NCBI RefSeq assembly: GCF_964204865.1
Contig: NC_135257.1
Coordinates: 1,488,001-1,552,000, forward strand
Direction of reading: 5' to 3'
Length of the DNA: 64,000 nucleotides
Source of the DNA: Styela clava
Taxonomy: Eukaryota
Shown here: one piece after another, positions 25,190-40,900 of the stretch
Layout of the letters: each line of letters opens with the position of its first letter
Position numbering within the stretch: the first letter of the stretch is position 1
Translations under genes and position numbers: made by a program
The notes under the pieces: model-generated
The model's database searches: none
Told to the model about the DNA's origin: nothing
What the model saw: only the letters and a program-made list of their open reading frames with translations

Positions 25190-25570
25190 GTTTTGATTTA
25201 CAATGCTGCCAAGATCGCTCCAATACATTCGGGGCAATTTAATTTTTTTATTGCACTCAAGTTTATCCGCCAGGAAAAGTCTTTTTTCTCCTTTAATCGT
25301 GCGATAAAAAAAATTTCAGATGGGAATGATTCAACATGGTTTACACTGGAAAATGTTTTGGGAATTGGTATATCACAAAACACTTGTAAAACATCCATTT
25401 GTAATATTTTATGGTAATGCGTGTCCTGCGTTTTAGTTTTACAATCAGAATCTAATTGACAGCTAGTTGAACCGCACATGGCGGCAGTATTCGGTTTCTG
25501 GTTTGCAGTAAAAAGCATTTTGCGGTGAATAAAAGTTTTGATTTTGTGAAGACCCCTGCTTATTTTAACT
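25190..25570. repeat. Partial copy of the internal region of the 30227-31263 element
   Basis: Shared aatattttatggtaa..tcctgc.ttttagttttacaa..gaatcta and tgattttgtgaagacc.ctgcttattt with ~30730-31110. Confidence 0.7.
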
Positions 25571-28268
25571 CGAAATATGAAGTGTATGGGCTTAGGTAGG
25601 ACACTGGACCCAGTGGAAAATCAGCTCTCATACTATATCGGGTAGCAGTTTTTGACTACGTCATTCGGTGGGTGGCCCGTCCGCGCAAACGGAGAGCAGC
25701 GATGAGATGAAATTGTTTTTTTTGGGGGGGGGGGGAGGTGAAACTAAAATTTCTCCATCTCAGTTTGGGGAACAATGAACTGGGGTTCAGTGGGACATGC
25801 CTCACTGGGAACAATTCTAGATTCAAAAATATTTTTCTGCGTGTATTCGAAAAAGTAAATTATTTTCTTTTGGCTGGAGTTGGGCATTTTACTTGTCAAT
25901 ATATAAATGTTGGTTTTATTGGACGCTGTGAACAGTTTAGGGAATAAAAAAAGTACACTTTCTTTTTTTTTTGAACAGCACTCAAAAACCCGTATTTGAT
26001 GTTTATATGGCCTCATCGTCGAGAATGAAAGTTTTAGATCTTATTTTCAATTGATTTAAGTAAGGCATCATCCCCAAGTAAAACAATGAATTTATTTCGG
26101 ATTAAATATTCAATAGCAGACTTTTTAGATACGTATGTCGCTAAAGTAGTAGTTTTGTCATTTGTGTTGCCAAAGGAGAAAGATCTGAAATATATTGGGA
26201 GAACATTAATTTAAAAAATATAATCTCCAAATTTGAAGTCCCACCGTTCTTTAGATGAAGATGCTGATTTTTCACGGCATATTTCGTTAAATTTAATAGA
26301 CTGCCCTATTGTGTACCAGAGTGTGTCGGAATCCGGTGTCTCGAAAATGTCGTGTCCGGCTTGTCAAACGAGTTCCACTTCCAATTGTCTCGCGTGTCCT
26401 CCTTTTCCCACGTGTCCTATTTGTCCCAAAGTTGTGAATATTGCCGTATAGATGAACTATGCCCAGGGTTACCATATCGGGCTTTTTTTTAGCCCGCGTC
26501 TTATAAAGTAACATATGCCTGTTTCTAAGAAAAGTTCTTATTTTTGAGTTGCGTTCTCTTTTGTCTTAAAAACACGGATGGCCCGTTCGTGTTCTGCGTA
26601 AAAGCTTCCGTGAAAACGTTACTTCGATTGATAAATTTATAATCTATCCCATTGTGTTCAAATAATTTATACTCAACAAAGTGAAAACACCCTGTGAAAT
26701 GACCTTATCAATCAATAAAACTAGGAAGAACGGAGAGTTTTCTTGTGAAGTGTGTGAAAACAAAATGAGTTTTGCGCCTGGCATGGTCGTCCCCTCCAAC
26801 TGCTCTTCGGCCCCTTTGGTGGGCCACGAGCTCCCGGTTGGAAACCACTGCTTTAGAGGTTGCGTGTAGGGACTAAGGATGCTAAGTATGATTATGAGTG
26901 TTGATGATGAGTGTTCGATTCTTATCCGATTCATCGGCATAGCATACCGAGAAAACATACCCACCTAAACGATATCATATGAAATCAAACGCGATAGCGA
27001 TGTTCAAATATATAATATAATTATTTCAATCGTTTTTCTATTTATTTCTTTTTGTGGCACTTACATAAGGCGGCGTAGATATAGATTAGAATAATCAACG
27101 ATTCCAGCCGAGTTTGAGCTTAAATGTAATGCAAGTTTTCCGTTTTTTATCAGACTGAGATACTAATGCCAGAGTTAAGAGAATTAATTTATCTCTTCAT
27201 TATTATATATGATGAAGATATGATAGCTCCAAGATATATATTTTATATTTTCACCAGCTTTACGTGGATATGAGTTTGAAAGTATACTATTGGTGATGGC
27301 AGTTGATTGAGCACAAAAGGAATTACATTTTGAAAGTGAATGTAGCTTAATTTGTGATCCACGACAATAACAGAAAATACAGGTTGTGCGACTTATAATC
27401 GTGTTTGGTCGATAACGATACCTCGTTTCCATGGTATTCTGGTGTTCTGTAACAGGTATTCTGTTATCAAGGGAAATTGTTAAAATGCACTTCTTATCAT
27501 ATTCTTCACTTCTTATACACACATCGGTTTACTTATCTTGAAAATATGCTTTCCTAAATTAATGTTTATTTCCCTTTGATAGCAATACGGATGATGCCTC
27601 GTTTCCAGGGAAAGGAAAAAAAATTGGATATGACTCGGCGCCATATCGCCATACCGGAACGGATGACGATAACCTCGGCCAAAGATCTGCAATAGGGTAT
27701 TCTTTGTCGCAAGTTTATCACCTAGTGAATTCAAACACACCCTGATTTTACATTCATTCATGTACATTTACCGCCTATCTTCGATTTATCCGTAAAACTG
27801 AGTTAAATTCTCTTACTACGGTAGAATATGAATGAGGGTCACGCTAATATACTCCTTAGTTTGTCATAACAACCTAAGATATTTGGAAGCCATGATACGT
27901 AGAACGCCTTTAAGCGCTATCATAGATAGGTAGGCACACTCAAGCGTGGAACATCTGTGGAGATATGAGAATCTAAGGTGTAACATCGACAGGTCCACTG
28001 AAACTTATATCTGCGGGAAGCTTTACACACAGCTAAGCTAATTTATCTGAATATCTGCAATGCACCATAGTTATTTTTTGCATAATTAGTAGGCTAAGAC
28101 TAGGTAATGGAAAAGTCCTATAATATGCAACTGTTTTAGAGGATCTCTGTCGAACCTCTGGAACAGATCCATCGTTAGAAACCGGGTTAAGTCAGAAGGT
28201 AACTCTCACTGTACTTGATAAAACTATTGTGATTACTATTCATAAAATATCATCCTTATGCATAAGAG

Positions 28269-29315
28269 CAGGGCTTCCCAAACTAGAGGCCGCAAAGAGA
28301 ACAACATCTTTACACAAATTACCATATCTATTGTTCTCTTTCAGACTCTTGAGTCAAAATACAATTAATAAAACTAGCGTAAAACAAAAATCTCACGATT
28401 CCAAGTGAATACATCATCATACAGTGTTTCCCCGAAAATAAGACTGTTTCTCAATTTTCTTCAGAAAAATAACACTAGGGCTTATTTTTGCGGAATGTCT
28501 TTTGTTTTCATTTTTTATTAAACAAATTAGAGAATTACGAGATTTTTAAATATACAAAGTATATGAAGAACAATTTTTTTTTTGCGCTATCGACTAAGTC
28601 TTATTTTGAGGGGAGGGCTAGGTCGCATTTTCAGGCTTGGTCTTATTTTCGCGGAAACACGCTAGAATCATCGCGCTTGCATAACAATGTCTATACCGAT
28701 CGTAGGACCCGGTTTGCTCGCGTAACGATGATTTCATGATTGAATATTTAACATATTTCATTTATTCATTTGCTAAACCGAGTTTAAGCGAACATTTTTT
28801 TTACCTTTATAAATTAACGATGACAAAATTGTGTTTTATTTTAAAGGCAGTATTTTTTTCGTGTAGGTGCACCGTGAGATTTTTCTCTGATAATTTGGCG
28901 CCGCACGAACCGCTGCCTTGTGCTAAGTTTGATCATTGAGAGTGAGTAACAATGCCGGATAAGGACCGTGCCGTCGATGGCCAGACACCATAATTCATTG
29001 ATATTGAGGCCTTCAAACAACAAACATTGCGCCACGGCTGGACTTGCTGCAAAACATTCGCACCCAGCACACTGAATATATAATTGAGTAATATTAATCT
29101 GAGTAAATGTGAATTTGTTTGCGTTATCGAGTAGGCCTACCAAAAGTTGATAATTAACTGTGTCAATAAAATATTTCGATTTAGGCATTTTAGCATTAGG
29201 CTTGTTTAATGCAATATTAATGTTCATTTTTTTAGCATTATTAATGTGAACACGGGCTGCGAAATGGTTTAATATATTGAAAGGGGCCGCGAGCTCAAAA
29301 GTTTGGAAAGCTCTG
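28269..29315. mobile_element. hAT-type non-autonomous element
   Basis: TIR CAGGGCTTCCCAAACT / AGTTTGGAAAGCTCTG; TSD cataagag/cattagag. Confidence 0.75.
28422..28662. mobile_element. Tc1/pogo (Tigger-like) MITE nested in the hAT element
   Basis: TIR gtgtttccccgaaaataagac / gtcttattttcgcggaaacac; TA on both flanks. Confidence 0.75.
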
Positions 29316-30226
29316 CATTAGAGATATACCGATATCCCCCTCATTGTCCATACCGGTATCGATCCGATATTGCTTATATTCCGATAATATACAATTACCA
29401 TCTCGATTTCAAGGAACAGAAGAGATAAAATATTTGCCTGCGAATTATATTTACATTGATCATTATGTCAGCTTGAATGGGTATTTCAGAACATATGAAA
29501 TTGACATTATATTTGTGATTCAAATACATGCATGACGTGTCATTAGAATCAATGCTAACAGTAACAGCTAACAGTACTTGAATCAATTGCACCGCAGATG
29601 GCTCTGCAACCCAGTACGTATGCAAAGTTGCGCCTCGGCACTTTTATTAAACAAATTAATGGTAGTTTTTGCAGAAATTTTGTTGCGCAAGGAATCGCGG
29701 TGTTTGATTTGCGTAATTTATAAAATTGTAGTTATAGGAAATTATATTTGGAACAACACATTTTTGAGACACCCGTCCGAATGTGCGCCACAAGTGGGTT
29801 GCAGTGGGACACTCGACAAGCGGTTTTCAAGACATTTTGATGACAAGATGTGTGTCGCTAGAGAATTTCATCGTCGCTGAATAAGAACTACATTTACACC
29901 TCTCTCCATTAGCCTCGCAACGCCAAGTGAATGTGTAGGTTTTTTACGGCTCAAAAGATGCAAAAGAAAATAAGTGGTCCAACCTGCGCCCATGCGTATT
30001 GTCGTCTGTAAAAATAGATGAAACGAATAGCTCTTCCTTCAGGGCTGCGTAATGCTCGTGAGTTTGTCCAGAATTTATGGCGCGAAGCATGTTAAAACAC
30101 AGCGCTTTTCCAGGATATACCAGGACAAGAGAAACAAATTAGGATTTGGGATGAGTCCGAATTTATCTCGCATAAATTTGCTCGATGCGAAATCCCGAAC
30201 CCTCTACTGCTAAATCTAGTGTGATA

Positions 30227-31263
30227 CAGGGTGACTCCAAAAAATAGAACCCATGAATTTCTTAATTCTACAAAAAGGGAAGAAATTGGATAAATTTTAT
30301 TTTGTTTCACCCGATCATATGTTTGTGTATGATTATTTCAGGAACCTCGGGCGCTTTGTACAAAAGTTATGCTCCCTTTAGCTAGAGTCTAGAATATGTT
30401 CCGCATTACCTTCTTGGCATTAGAGGCAGACTTGCATCCGTTGTGCGTAATTATCAGTCAATAATGTTAACTGGAATATGGCATGGCATCACGGCACGGG
30501 TAATCAACCATCGCACAATCGGTCCGACAAAAAAAAATACTACTCATTTTAGTAGACTTACTTACGTAAAAAGTATCAGTGGTTCGAGGCCAAAAATTAA
30601 AAAGCGAATACGTTGCGTGGTGGTGTACACACACACTGGCTGAGAGTTGGCCGAGCGTGTGATTTCAGGAAAAGCTGGTCAGCAGTGACGTCGAGGCACC
30701 TCACTCATCGTACTTGGAACCCTCCAAATTTTCATCTGTAGGGGTATTTGAAAGACGCTGTAAGGATTGGATAAATCCTCGTGCAATCGGTGAACTCATC
30801 TGCAATTGCAGCAAAATTCAGAGAAATCCCTATAGAGGAGTGCGTGCGAGTGATTGACAACTTGCGCAACTTATAAAATTTCCGGGGAAAAATGATGCAA
30901 CATGGGAAATCGATATACGACAAAAAACTTATTATTTGTAATATTTTATGGTAACGAGTATCCTGCATTTTAGTTTTACAACAAGAATCTATTTCGAAGC
31001 TATTTAAACCACATATTACGGTAATGTTCGGTTCCTGGTTCGCAATAAAAAACAATTTGTGTCAAACAAAAGTGTTGATTTTGTGAAGACCACTGCTTAT
31101 TTTACCACCCAGCAGGTCATTTGAAACAAATTCTAGAGGGGGCCTAACTTTTGTACAAAACGACTTCTGAAACTTTAGCAGACAGTCATGCACAAACAAA
31201 AGTTCGAGAGTAAAAAAAAATAAAGTTATTTAGGAAATCGAGTTCTGTTTTGGAGTCACCTTG
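30227..31263. mobile_element. Tc1/mariner-type non-autonomous element
   Basis: TA|CAGGGTGACTCCAAAA ... TTTTGGAGTCACCTTG|TA. Confidence 0.75.
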
Positions 31264-31999
31264 TATATATATCACAAACAACCATATTCACACGCGTTTC
31301 AAACACGTGCAAGTTCTCACTAGACTGGGTTGAGGTTTGTTTCGTCAGCGTCTGTTCAATAAGACTCCGCACCCATGCTCCGTCTCGCTAGAAACTTTCG
31401 TGATATTTTCTGCATTTCAAAAAGAACAAGATTGGTTGAAAAGCTCGCATAATTCGGTAGTGAGCACGACATAATCCCCGATGCATAATTAGCAGTCCCA
31501 TCAGTTTTACCTCCTCTTTTCAGACGAAACGCCATAAAATAGAACAAGATTTTTTTTACCAATATTAATTACAAAAAGAGAAAGAATATTGGAGTAGATA
31601 CCCGGATACCCGGGTCAGTGACAGATGATAACATACGGTGTGCATTAGTACTTTATCCAACTTGTACGCAATTGAAGGATGTTCCCAACTCAACGCTCTG
31701 AACGCTAGACCAACTGCCCCGTTTGATCGTTACAAACTCCCTTAAGTTTCACACAAATTTTCAGCTCCAATGACAGCACTCGACTACAATTTGCTTGTCA
31801 ATTCTTGGAGTTTTGAATGATTCGACGCCTCGTCCTGGGGTTCACAGGTTGAGAGCCAATTCTAATGACGCCAATACAATGTATTCAGTGAGACCCAAGA
31901 CTTTCTAGTTCATCCAGTATATTATTGGCATATTTTGAAAGATCCAGCGGTGATACATCGGCTAATCGCACGTCTTGAGCGATTGACTCCATTGCGTCA

Positions 32000-34900
32000 T
32001 CAGCAAAAGAAGGAATAGCATCTTTTCTCTTGTACAAATGCATATATCATAAATGCTATATACATCACAATAAAGAGAATTGTAACTTTTCTGTTCAATC
32101 TAAATATATAAGTTTATTTTAACTCTCGTTTTGTTAAAAAAATTAGTTTTACGTTTTTGTATAGTCTCGACGAGTATATATGCATTTCTTTGTCAGATGC
32201 TGACTACTCAGTTTATGGTTGGACTTACATGAATATACTACTCCAGCGGTTCCAAACCTTTTTTCAAGCGACCCAAATTAAAAAAAGGAAAATGTCGCGA
32301 CTCAAGTATAAACGGCATGTAGTTCTTTTATAGCCGCAAAATTAAATTGTTAGTACAAACTATCGTTTTTACATAACATTTAATTCACCAGAATTTACTT
32401 CAAAGTGAGGAGGTCGCATTGTTTCCTATTAGCGAGTTTTCGAATTTGTAGCGTGACTTTGCTCGATCAAAATAGAGTTTTTACACTGTGATAATTCCCA
32501 CATATACTATTGAGCAACTCTTCAATACCAAATGGAGATCAAATACAAAAAAATTCAATATAAATTGAGTGGTGAACTTTTGAAAAACAAGCGACCCATT
32601 GGTTGGAAAACACTGTACTATACAGTGTTGAACTGTACGTAATGATATTTCAAAAAAAAAATTACCATCAGTTGTTTTTGTTCAAAAAATTAATGCACCA
32701 AATAAATAGGCATTACAATGAATCCATCTGTGCACTTTCCGTTGCTGGATATAGTGCAACAAAACACGCAGGCATTCGTCATTAAACTCTAGGTACTCCC
32801 TTATATAGGTTAGGGTCAGGCCATAATTCAATTCTGATTTTCCTTATTTTAGTTTTATTACTAGTTCGGGGACTGTCTGTTTTAGCCAAGTGAATATACC
32901 CTCTACCTACAGGCTTCCGTCCCTTTACACAACTTGATGTAAAGTAGGCGAACAAAATTAGTTACCTTCATATTAGTACACATATATACTTGGAGAGCGC
33001 CAAACTTTCCAATTATGGTCATTGTCGAAGAAAGGATAAGCTATGCCTTTTTTAATGTATTGTATTGTACAGTAATAGAAACAAACTTACTTGAACCGAA
33101 CAAACATAAAAACTGCAACGGCGACCAGTAAAACTAATAACAATATAAGTCCAAATTTAACATGAGGAACAATCTTGAATGGAAGTGGTAAACTTTCGAA
33201 CAGGCACTAGAAATGAGAATATTTGGTTACGATAGTTAAATTATAACTCCTAGCCTAAAATCCTCAATCATTGTGCAGTAAGATAATCAATAAACGCAGA
33301 TTCTCCCCATGTATGATTAGATAATTTATTTGAAAGTTTGCCTGGTTGAGTACGATAATATATTACATCAGCCGCAATCTTTGTGATTTTAGATTTTTTT
33401 CATTCGAATGTTCATTTTTCGAATTGAATCAACTCTGCATATATTTTGATTTATAATTTATCGATCTCGATCGGTAAGTATGTTGATACGTATTTGTTTA
33501 TTTGTTTGCACTTTCGTATGTTACACGATATCTTCGAAAGCGAGGTTAATCTGCTCCAAATTTTGCATGTGCATTCATGACATCTCGGACCAGAAACCTA
33601 TTGATTTTGGATGAATTATGTCGTATAATTAGCGAGTTAATAATTAATTAGGGATGATCGCTATTGAGTCAAGTGCCAAGGAATCGAAACCGCAGTTTCT
33701 GTTTGGGGGGATCCCCTTACTTTCGTCGCTGCGAACGATTGTGTGCGTACCAATGCCCTGTTTGCGATTGCGAGAATAACTCATGTGAAATCGTAATCCG
33801 TAAAAATTGTCGAGTAAAATATTAAACATGCGGGAGATCGATAAGTCAGGCTTTTAATGAAAATCGAATTGTTATTTGAAATAATTTATTGAAAGTTGTT
33901 ACTAAATATACCTATTTATCAAACTTAATAATTTATGGCAGTTTACTTACCATTTGTAATGGTGATAACAAACTGACTGGACTTGATGTTACTAGACTTG
34001 TGATGAAGAATGGTAACCCCAATCCAAGGTTTATGTCGAATACATTTGAACCAAGTGCATTTGATACAGCCATATCTCCAAAACCTTCTTTTGCAACAAG
34101 GACTGAACTAATGGCATCCTGAATATAAATAAGATTAACAGTGACAAAGAAAAATGGCTTGAAACCTCCACTGCAGCATTTGAGAAGATTGGATTCACGA
34201 CTTATTACACATTTCGGCCTTCAATGCACCTGGTATTGACACACTTATAGTAATAGGAGTACAAGGTATTATTCGTAGGTTTAGGACAGGTAAAAATTTG
34301 AACCAAAGCCAAAAATATTTACAACCAAGTATAAACGCCTGTATCATCAAACAGAAGATAAGACCCCACTTCAAACTGCACAGCCCTAGCAATGACTTAA
34401 GTAGTCATATCAGATGCCTATTTAATATCTAGTCCACTGGGTGGTGTATATCCTCTGATAAATTCGAACCAACTCTAACAGAAAAGAACTTACCGGCACA
34501 CTCGTTCCAACAGCTACCACGACAAGACCCATTGTATAAGTATCAATACCGAGTAAGCAACCAATCTTTTCAACTAGTTCAATCATGATCCAACTGACAA
34601 GAGCAATCCAAGCAATACATAGAAAAAATGAGGCAAGGTACCATTTTCTAAACAATAAAAGGTCAATTATTAAGAGATCTTAATAGCAAATCAATACCAA
34701 AAAATATCCAAAAAGCGGGGGTGTTGTGCCTTGGCCTGCCCAACCTTCTTGCAACAAAAGCCTGTGACTGTTAATGAATTAGCTTCTTATTTTTTCTATT
34801 TATCATTTTTTTTTCGCTAAATATTTTATTTTTTTAAAGTATTTTAATCAGTATTTTTCCTTTCGTGGTAGCTCACGTCGACATTCGAGATGGAACTCGA

Positions 34901-37900
34901 AAACACGAGTACACGATGGACTTTTTATTTCTAGAGTAACTGAATGTAATGGGTACTACGCTATAGTGTATTCTTTGTGAACTTCCTATCCATTCTTAAA
35001 CTGATTTCACGTGATAAAATGAACAGTTCAGAAAGCAAACATAATCAAAAATTCCCAAATTTATATTTTGGTTGGGATATTCCTTGGCGACCATTTTAGG
35101 AATCAATCAGTTGCCAGAACTTGTACTGGGATCCGAGAACCATTAACATCAACACTTATCTTAAATTTAGATTGTTGTATTTTACTCCTGCCGTCACTAT
35201 GGCTAAATTTAGACGTATTACCTTTTCTGCGGAGTATCGCACTTGGGAACTGTCCACGTGAAAGCACACACCCATGGAAATGATAAAATGTAAACGACGT
35301 ACATAAGAACATATTTGGAACCGGGAATGCATCGACTTGAATTTGGTCTGTAACAGATAATTTATATGATAAAGACTTATCGTCAAGTCGGAGCTGGCTT
35401 GGAAAACCGAGAAAATAGAAAAATGAATGTATTTCTCACTTCTCCGGTGGTGGATTTTTAACAGCAGGCAAGCAAGGGAGAATAACAATTGTTGGTACCC
35501 CGTCATCTTCTCCTGCCGCTTCTTTTCCCATCTGGATATATGCAAGAACACTAGAGTAAAATCATTGCAAACGAAGTTTTAAAGTAAACAGCTAGGGGAA
35601 ATAATTCATATAATCATCTATTACATTTCAGCTTATTATGGGTATCCAGGAACCATAAAAATGAAATAGTCGATACGGTCATACGACGAGCGCTATAACC
35701 GCACAGTATTGTGGTAAGAATTTGTACGGCCAGACCGGATGTTTAAATTCGATGCATTTTCCCTCTATCTCCGTCAAAACTTATAGATCGGGCCAATTCA
35801 TAACTAAACAAATATTTGCAGTATCCACAATTATGATTTTTTGTTTAACGTTTCAAGTCACTCAGCCAGTTAATAATCAAAATTTGGGACAAATAAATGT
35901 GCGAGCGTACAGCTCATAAAAAATTATTAATCGCGTCCGGCAGCGCAATCACTAGATGACAAATTTTTCTTGGCTTGGGTGGAGTCTTTTGGAAAAAGGG
36001 TATATGAATATATATATTGTTTATGCGTCATCACGGGGTTGGGTTTATATTGCGATGAAGCTGTACCATGCGTCACAGACACTGTGTAATGAATATAAAG
36101 CGTTAAGTTTTCTGTTGAAAACATAAAATATTAATATGTTAGAAAATCAAATTGTTAAACATTGCGGTGAGCAAGTATCTGCTGCTGTTAAACGCTAAAA
36201 TAAATGAAATCTACTATGGCAATCATTTTAGTTTCTGTTTGCATGTTCAATAGTCCACACCTACAACAATACACGATTCAATAGTCCACACCTACAACAA
36301 TACACGATTGTCTCATTTGAAGACACATTTCGCAAGCTTATCAAATACTGTAAATTTCCAGCCTAGAAAAACAAACACATAAAAAATTACTTTTCTCAAA
36401 TGTTTGTTTTCCGGAAATAGAACTAGTATTTTTGGCTATACGTATGGATATTATATTCGTGTGTATCGTTTTCGTCAATGTTGGTATAACGTGAATGTCA
36501 ACGAACTTGACTACTGGCGTATTTCTTTTCGTCTTTATTTCATGCGAGTTTGGATTCAATGTAGAATTGACCCCAATTTGAACCCAGAAATATAAGATTG
36601 ATCCAGATTGATTTAATATTGGATCGAAATGGAACGAAAATCTGGCTATACGTATGGATATTATATTCGTGTGTATCATTTTCGTCAATGTTGGTATAAC
36701 GTGAATGTCAACGAACTTGACTACTGGCGTATTTCTTTTCGTCTTTATTTCATGCGAGTTTGGATTCAATGTAGAATTGACCCCAATTTGAACCCAGAAA
36801 TATAAGATTGATCCAGATTGATTTAATATTGGATCGAAATGGAACGAAAATCTGAAATAACTTCAATAATGAAATAAATTCTGCTTAATTTTTAGCAATC
36901 ACTCACATTCTTTTTGATAATCCCCAGTTAATAGCGGCAGTTTTGCCAGTTTCATGCAGAATAACACACAAGTAATACTTTTTTAACTACACATTGTCTA
37001 TCTATGAGTAACCATAATGATATTGAATACATTGTTCAGCGACGGCGGTAGCTCAAGTAACATCGGATAATTCAAATAGCAAATTTAATTTACATTATTC
37101 ACATGCTCGAAAGGGTATTGGAAATATACGATACGATTCTTGGAAATGTGATATATACGGTACATACATTAATTATTAAAAGCTTGAAAAAGTTAAACAC
37201 GTTTTAAGGTGGAAGATCAATCTTATATCAGCTTTGAGAAACCACTTCGTCGCTGGTTATCTCTGATATGCAATACTGATTATCTTAGATGTGATTCATT
37301 CTGTATGGCCTATCATAGCTGTTCAGAATTTAAGATTTCTTGTCAAGCTTTGAATATGCAAGTAGAGTTAACGGGGTGTATATATAAAACAAGTGGTTAC
37401 CTCTACTGGCCCGCCTACGTCGATACTTCCTGCCGTTTCATGAAAAGTTTCGGATACAATTTTAACGTCCTCGTTTTCACAGTTGCACTCGGAATTGCTA
37501 ACATTGTTGGAACCGTTTACATTTTTTTTGACTGTAGACTTTGAATCAAGCGTCAGGTTTAGGGTCACGAGAGAATCGGAACGCTGTCTGGAATCACAAT
37601 CTGTGGCCGATAGATTTGGCAAGTATGTATTCTTTTCTTCGACAACTCTCACGTCATTGGCGATATTCCGAGATTCATTATTTTGAAATTGGCTTCTTCC
37701 ATTTATAACTGTGACGCTTTCCTTCACCGATGTACAGGATGGACAACGAGATACAGGCCTAGATATACGAGGACTTCCATACGTCACGCATCCCATGTTA
37801 CAAGGTTGAGACGACACGTGTATGACGCACGATGTGCATGTGCTAGGCTGTGGTGACGCACCTCCTCCGTTGTTACTGCCACATATACATATACCGGAAT

Positions 37901-40900
37901 CACTGTTATATGTCAAATATAAAAAAGTCATACCATACAAAATAAAAGTGAAAGGTGTAGTACAACGATTCTACATTCTCAATGCTCAACTGTGTAAAAA
38001 CACGAGAAATGGTACCGGCAATTTATGGTCTTGTCACGTGACAAACCTCACCGTTGGTTACTATAATATTTCATCAAAAATGGGATAATACACTCGAGTT
38101 GACTATCCTTCAACACGAAAAGAAGTTTGATTCCAAAATAGAAAAACACTTACTTGGCACTTTTAGATTCAACTGACTCTGCTCTCGACTCTGGAGTTCG
38201 AATTTCCGGAGTCTGTGAAGAAAATTAATGAAAATAGTATGACGAGTTCTTAAGACATGCAAAACTTCACTGCATGTTGAAAAAAATAAGAATGTAATAC
38301 CGGTGTCGAGAGTGAGGTGGGCGGAGGCGCTGTGGGAATAGTAGATTCTTTCTGTGACACCATTTTTTCAGGTGGTGACATATCCACTGGTGCTGTTGCC
38401 ACTACTTCCGGCCCCACTGCCGCCTTCGAAACTGGTTTCGGAGATGGAGATCGTGTGGGTGGAGGATCAGGAGTTTTTGGACAAGTTTCTTTTATCTCTA
38501 ATGACTTATCAGAGTCTTCAGGTCCGACCCGACTTTCGAAACATGAACTGAATTGAAACAAAAACTGTGTCAAGTTGAAGCTAAAAATGTGCCCAAACTC
38601 CATCTGAAACGTTCCAAAAAGTATTGCGTTTTGATGGTAACCAATATTATTTTGTATGTAGCTTTGATCGACGTAATTAGTTGTTTGCTACAAAATATGT
38701 AACTGGAGTTTCGTTTAGTTCGAGTAGATTATCAATTTGAGCGAAATTTGACGTACAATCTTCAAAATATATAGAGACATCGCAGCATTCCATTATTCAA
38801 TAAAACACTTCCAGATCAAAGTTGTGAGTGTGCTCGATTTTTGGTAAAATGAAAGCGATGCCAAAACGAAAATACAATCCTAGGACACAAAAAAATAGTT
38901 GTTCCAGGCCCAGAAGCCAATAGGCTGAAATATCCCAGTCCATTTATTCTCACAGCGGGCGATATTGCCCCCCTATGGGCGAAAATCCCTCTCAAGTCAG
39001 AATTATCGCAAAACCTGTTTTCTTTGTTCCAACGGAGCACATTCATCTCACTTCCGCCTCGGTCGGAAGAAGAGAACGACAGAGGTCGACTTTGGTTTTA
39101 ACAAGCTGTTTCTCCAAACCAAAGCATAATCTAATCTGGTTATCAACCAATTTGGCTGAGTATGATTCAATACCTCACTTACTCACAATACTCACAAAAA
39201 AGTAGGATGGCGTACGTTAACTATATTTCTGCAAATTTAGTTTGTCGTTATCAGCAGCTCAGCTTAATTACGAATAGTCATAGTATATCTCACCAACAAT
39301 TCCATTTTCCCATGCAATCCATAAGTCGAGCGTTAAACTTCATGACAACAATATATAAAGCGTATAATACGAGCAGCATGAGTGATTCCCAGTATGTAAA
39401 TTGAGTATCAAGTGAAAACACGATGAAGGCAACAATCGACATTGCGTAAAAGATTGAATCTCGAACAAATGGTCGCCAGTCGAGACACAGTACCTGAATC
39501 GTGTAGAATTGTTTGTTAAAAATGTTCGCAAGTCCTAGAGACAAGCGGTGACAAGGATTAGAGACAAGTCCTATTGGTGATTCCCTGATTTGATTGTAAT
39601 TTCTACGAAGCAATAAATTTATTCTCTTCGGAAAAGATGCAAAGCGATCAAACTATTTTAACCCACCCGGTGAATTACTTTATAATGCAAATGCACTAAA
39701 TTTGTCCACTTAGTGCTTTAGCATGATACTTTTATGCTCACGCGACGTCGTCCAAATTTCCCCATCTTTCTTACTTTCTGTGGTCTGATGTGCCCATTAA
39801 AATGTGATGGGAATGTTTCAAGCATTGCGTTTGTTTGAAACTTCGAGAATTTGAAAATATTCATATTTCAAACAGCAAATCATATTGTACAGAAATCACG
39901 TATATGTTCTTATTATGCCATAAAAACTTAACTCAACACATGAATGCACGTGACTGGCAATATTAAAATAGTATTATATATGAATAATAATCCAAAAGGG
40001 CGAAGACGACTTGACAATAGCGTAAACAACGGATCGATTATTCAACAGTTTGAATGATTGTTATTTTTTGACGCCAAAATGTTATTATCATTACCTTGGT
40101 TACTATGCTAAAAAATATATATCATTGAATGGAAAATTGAATTTTTTTTATATATTATTACAACACGAATGTGTGTTCACGCATATAGTGTTAACAAAAA
40201 CCAGTAATAGTACTGTCGTGCATTAATAATTGTCCATAGAAATGGGGATTTCTTTCAGATGGAATAAGATGTGCTACAAAAAAAGCTTGGAGAATCACTC
40301 TTCCGTGTAGCTGGTGGTATACAATGCAAGGTTTTGTGCAAGCGTTAATTGATTAAATATTACGATGCGAATGCCAAACAACGAGTTGTAGGACATAAAA
40401 CTACAGAGCAAACACAATCAAAACAAAGTGCATGCTTGTATTTTTAATATAAATTTGAATAATAATGAATAAGTCTAAAGAAGGACTACAAATCGGAATG
40501 CGTGGCATACCAGACCCTATACTATAAAAAGTGAAAGTTCACTATGTCAAATTTATGCATTAATTAATATATCGATATATGTATTGTAATTTATTGTAAT
40601 TTATTGTAATCCAGCTATACATATGACCGCTACCGAAAGCTTATTTTCCTAATATTTGATCAACAATTGTTAAGCAAGATTACAATAAAAATCAATCCGA
40701 AAAATCCGTCAAAACCATACGGGATTACGTGGATTATCACAAATCCGTCATCTGTTAGCAATATTTCCGATGGATGAATAAGCAGCGGTGAGATTCGAAT
40801 TTTTTGTATTGACTCACTATAACTGATTCTCCTATTTCATGAAATATATGTGTGTCACTACGTAAGCTGCATCAACATGACCAGCGTAATATTAATCTAA

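Noticed and set aside
27184-27767. Two adjacent minus-strand ORFs
   Set aside because: No recognisable motifs or consistent splice structure
36341-36769. 142-aa ORF with an internal repeat
   Set aside because: By-product of the 210-bp intronic duplication
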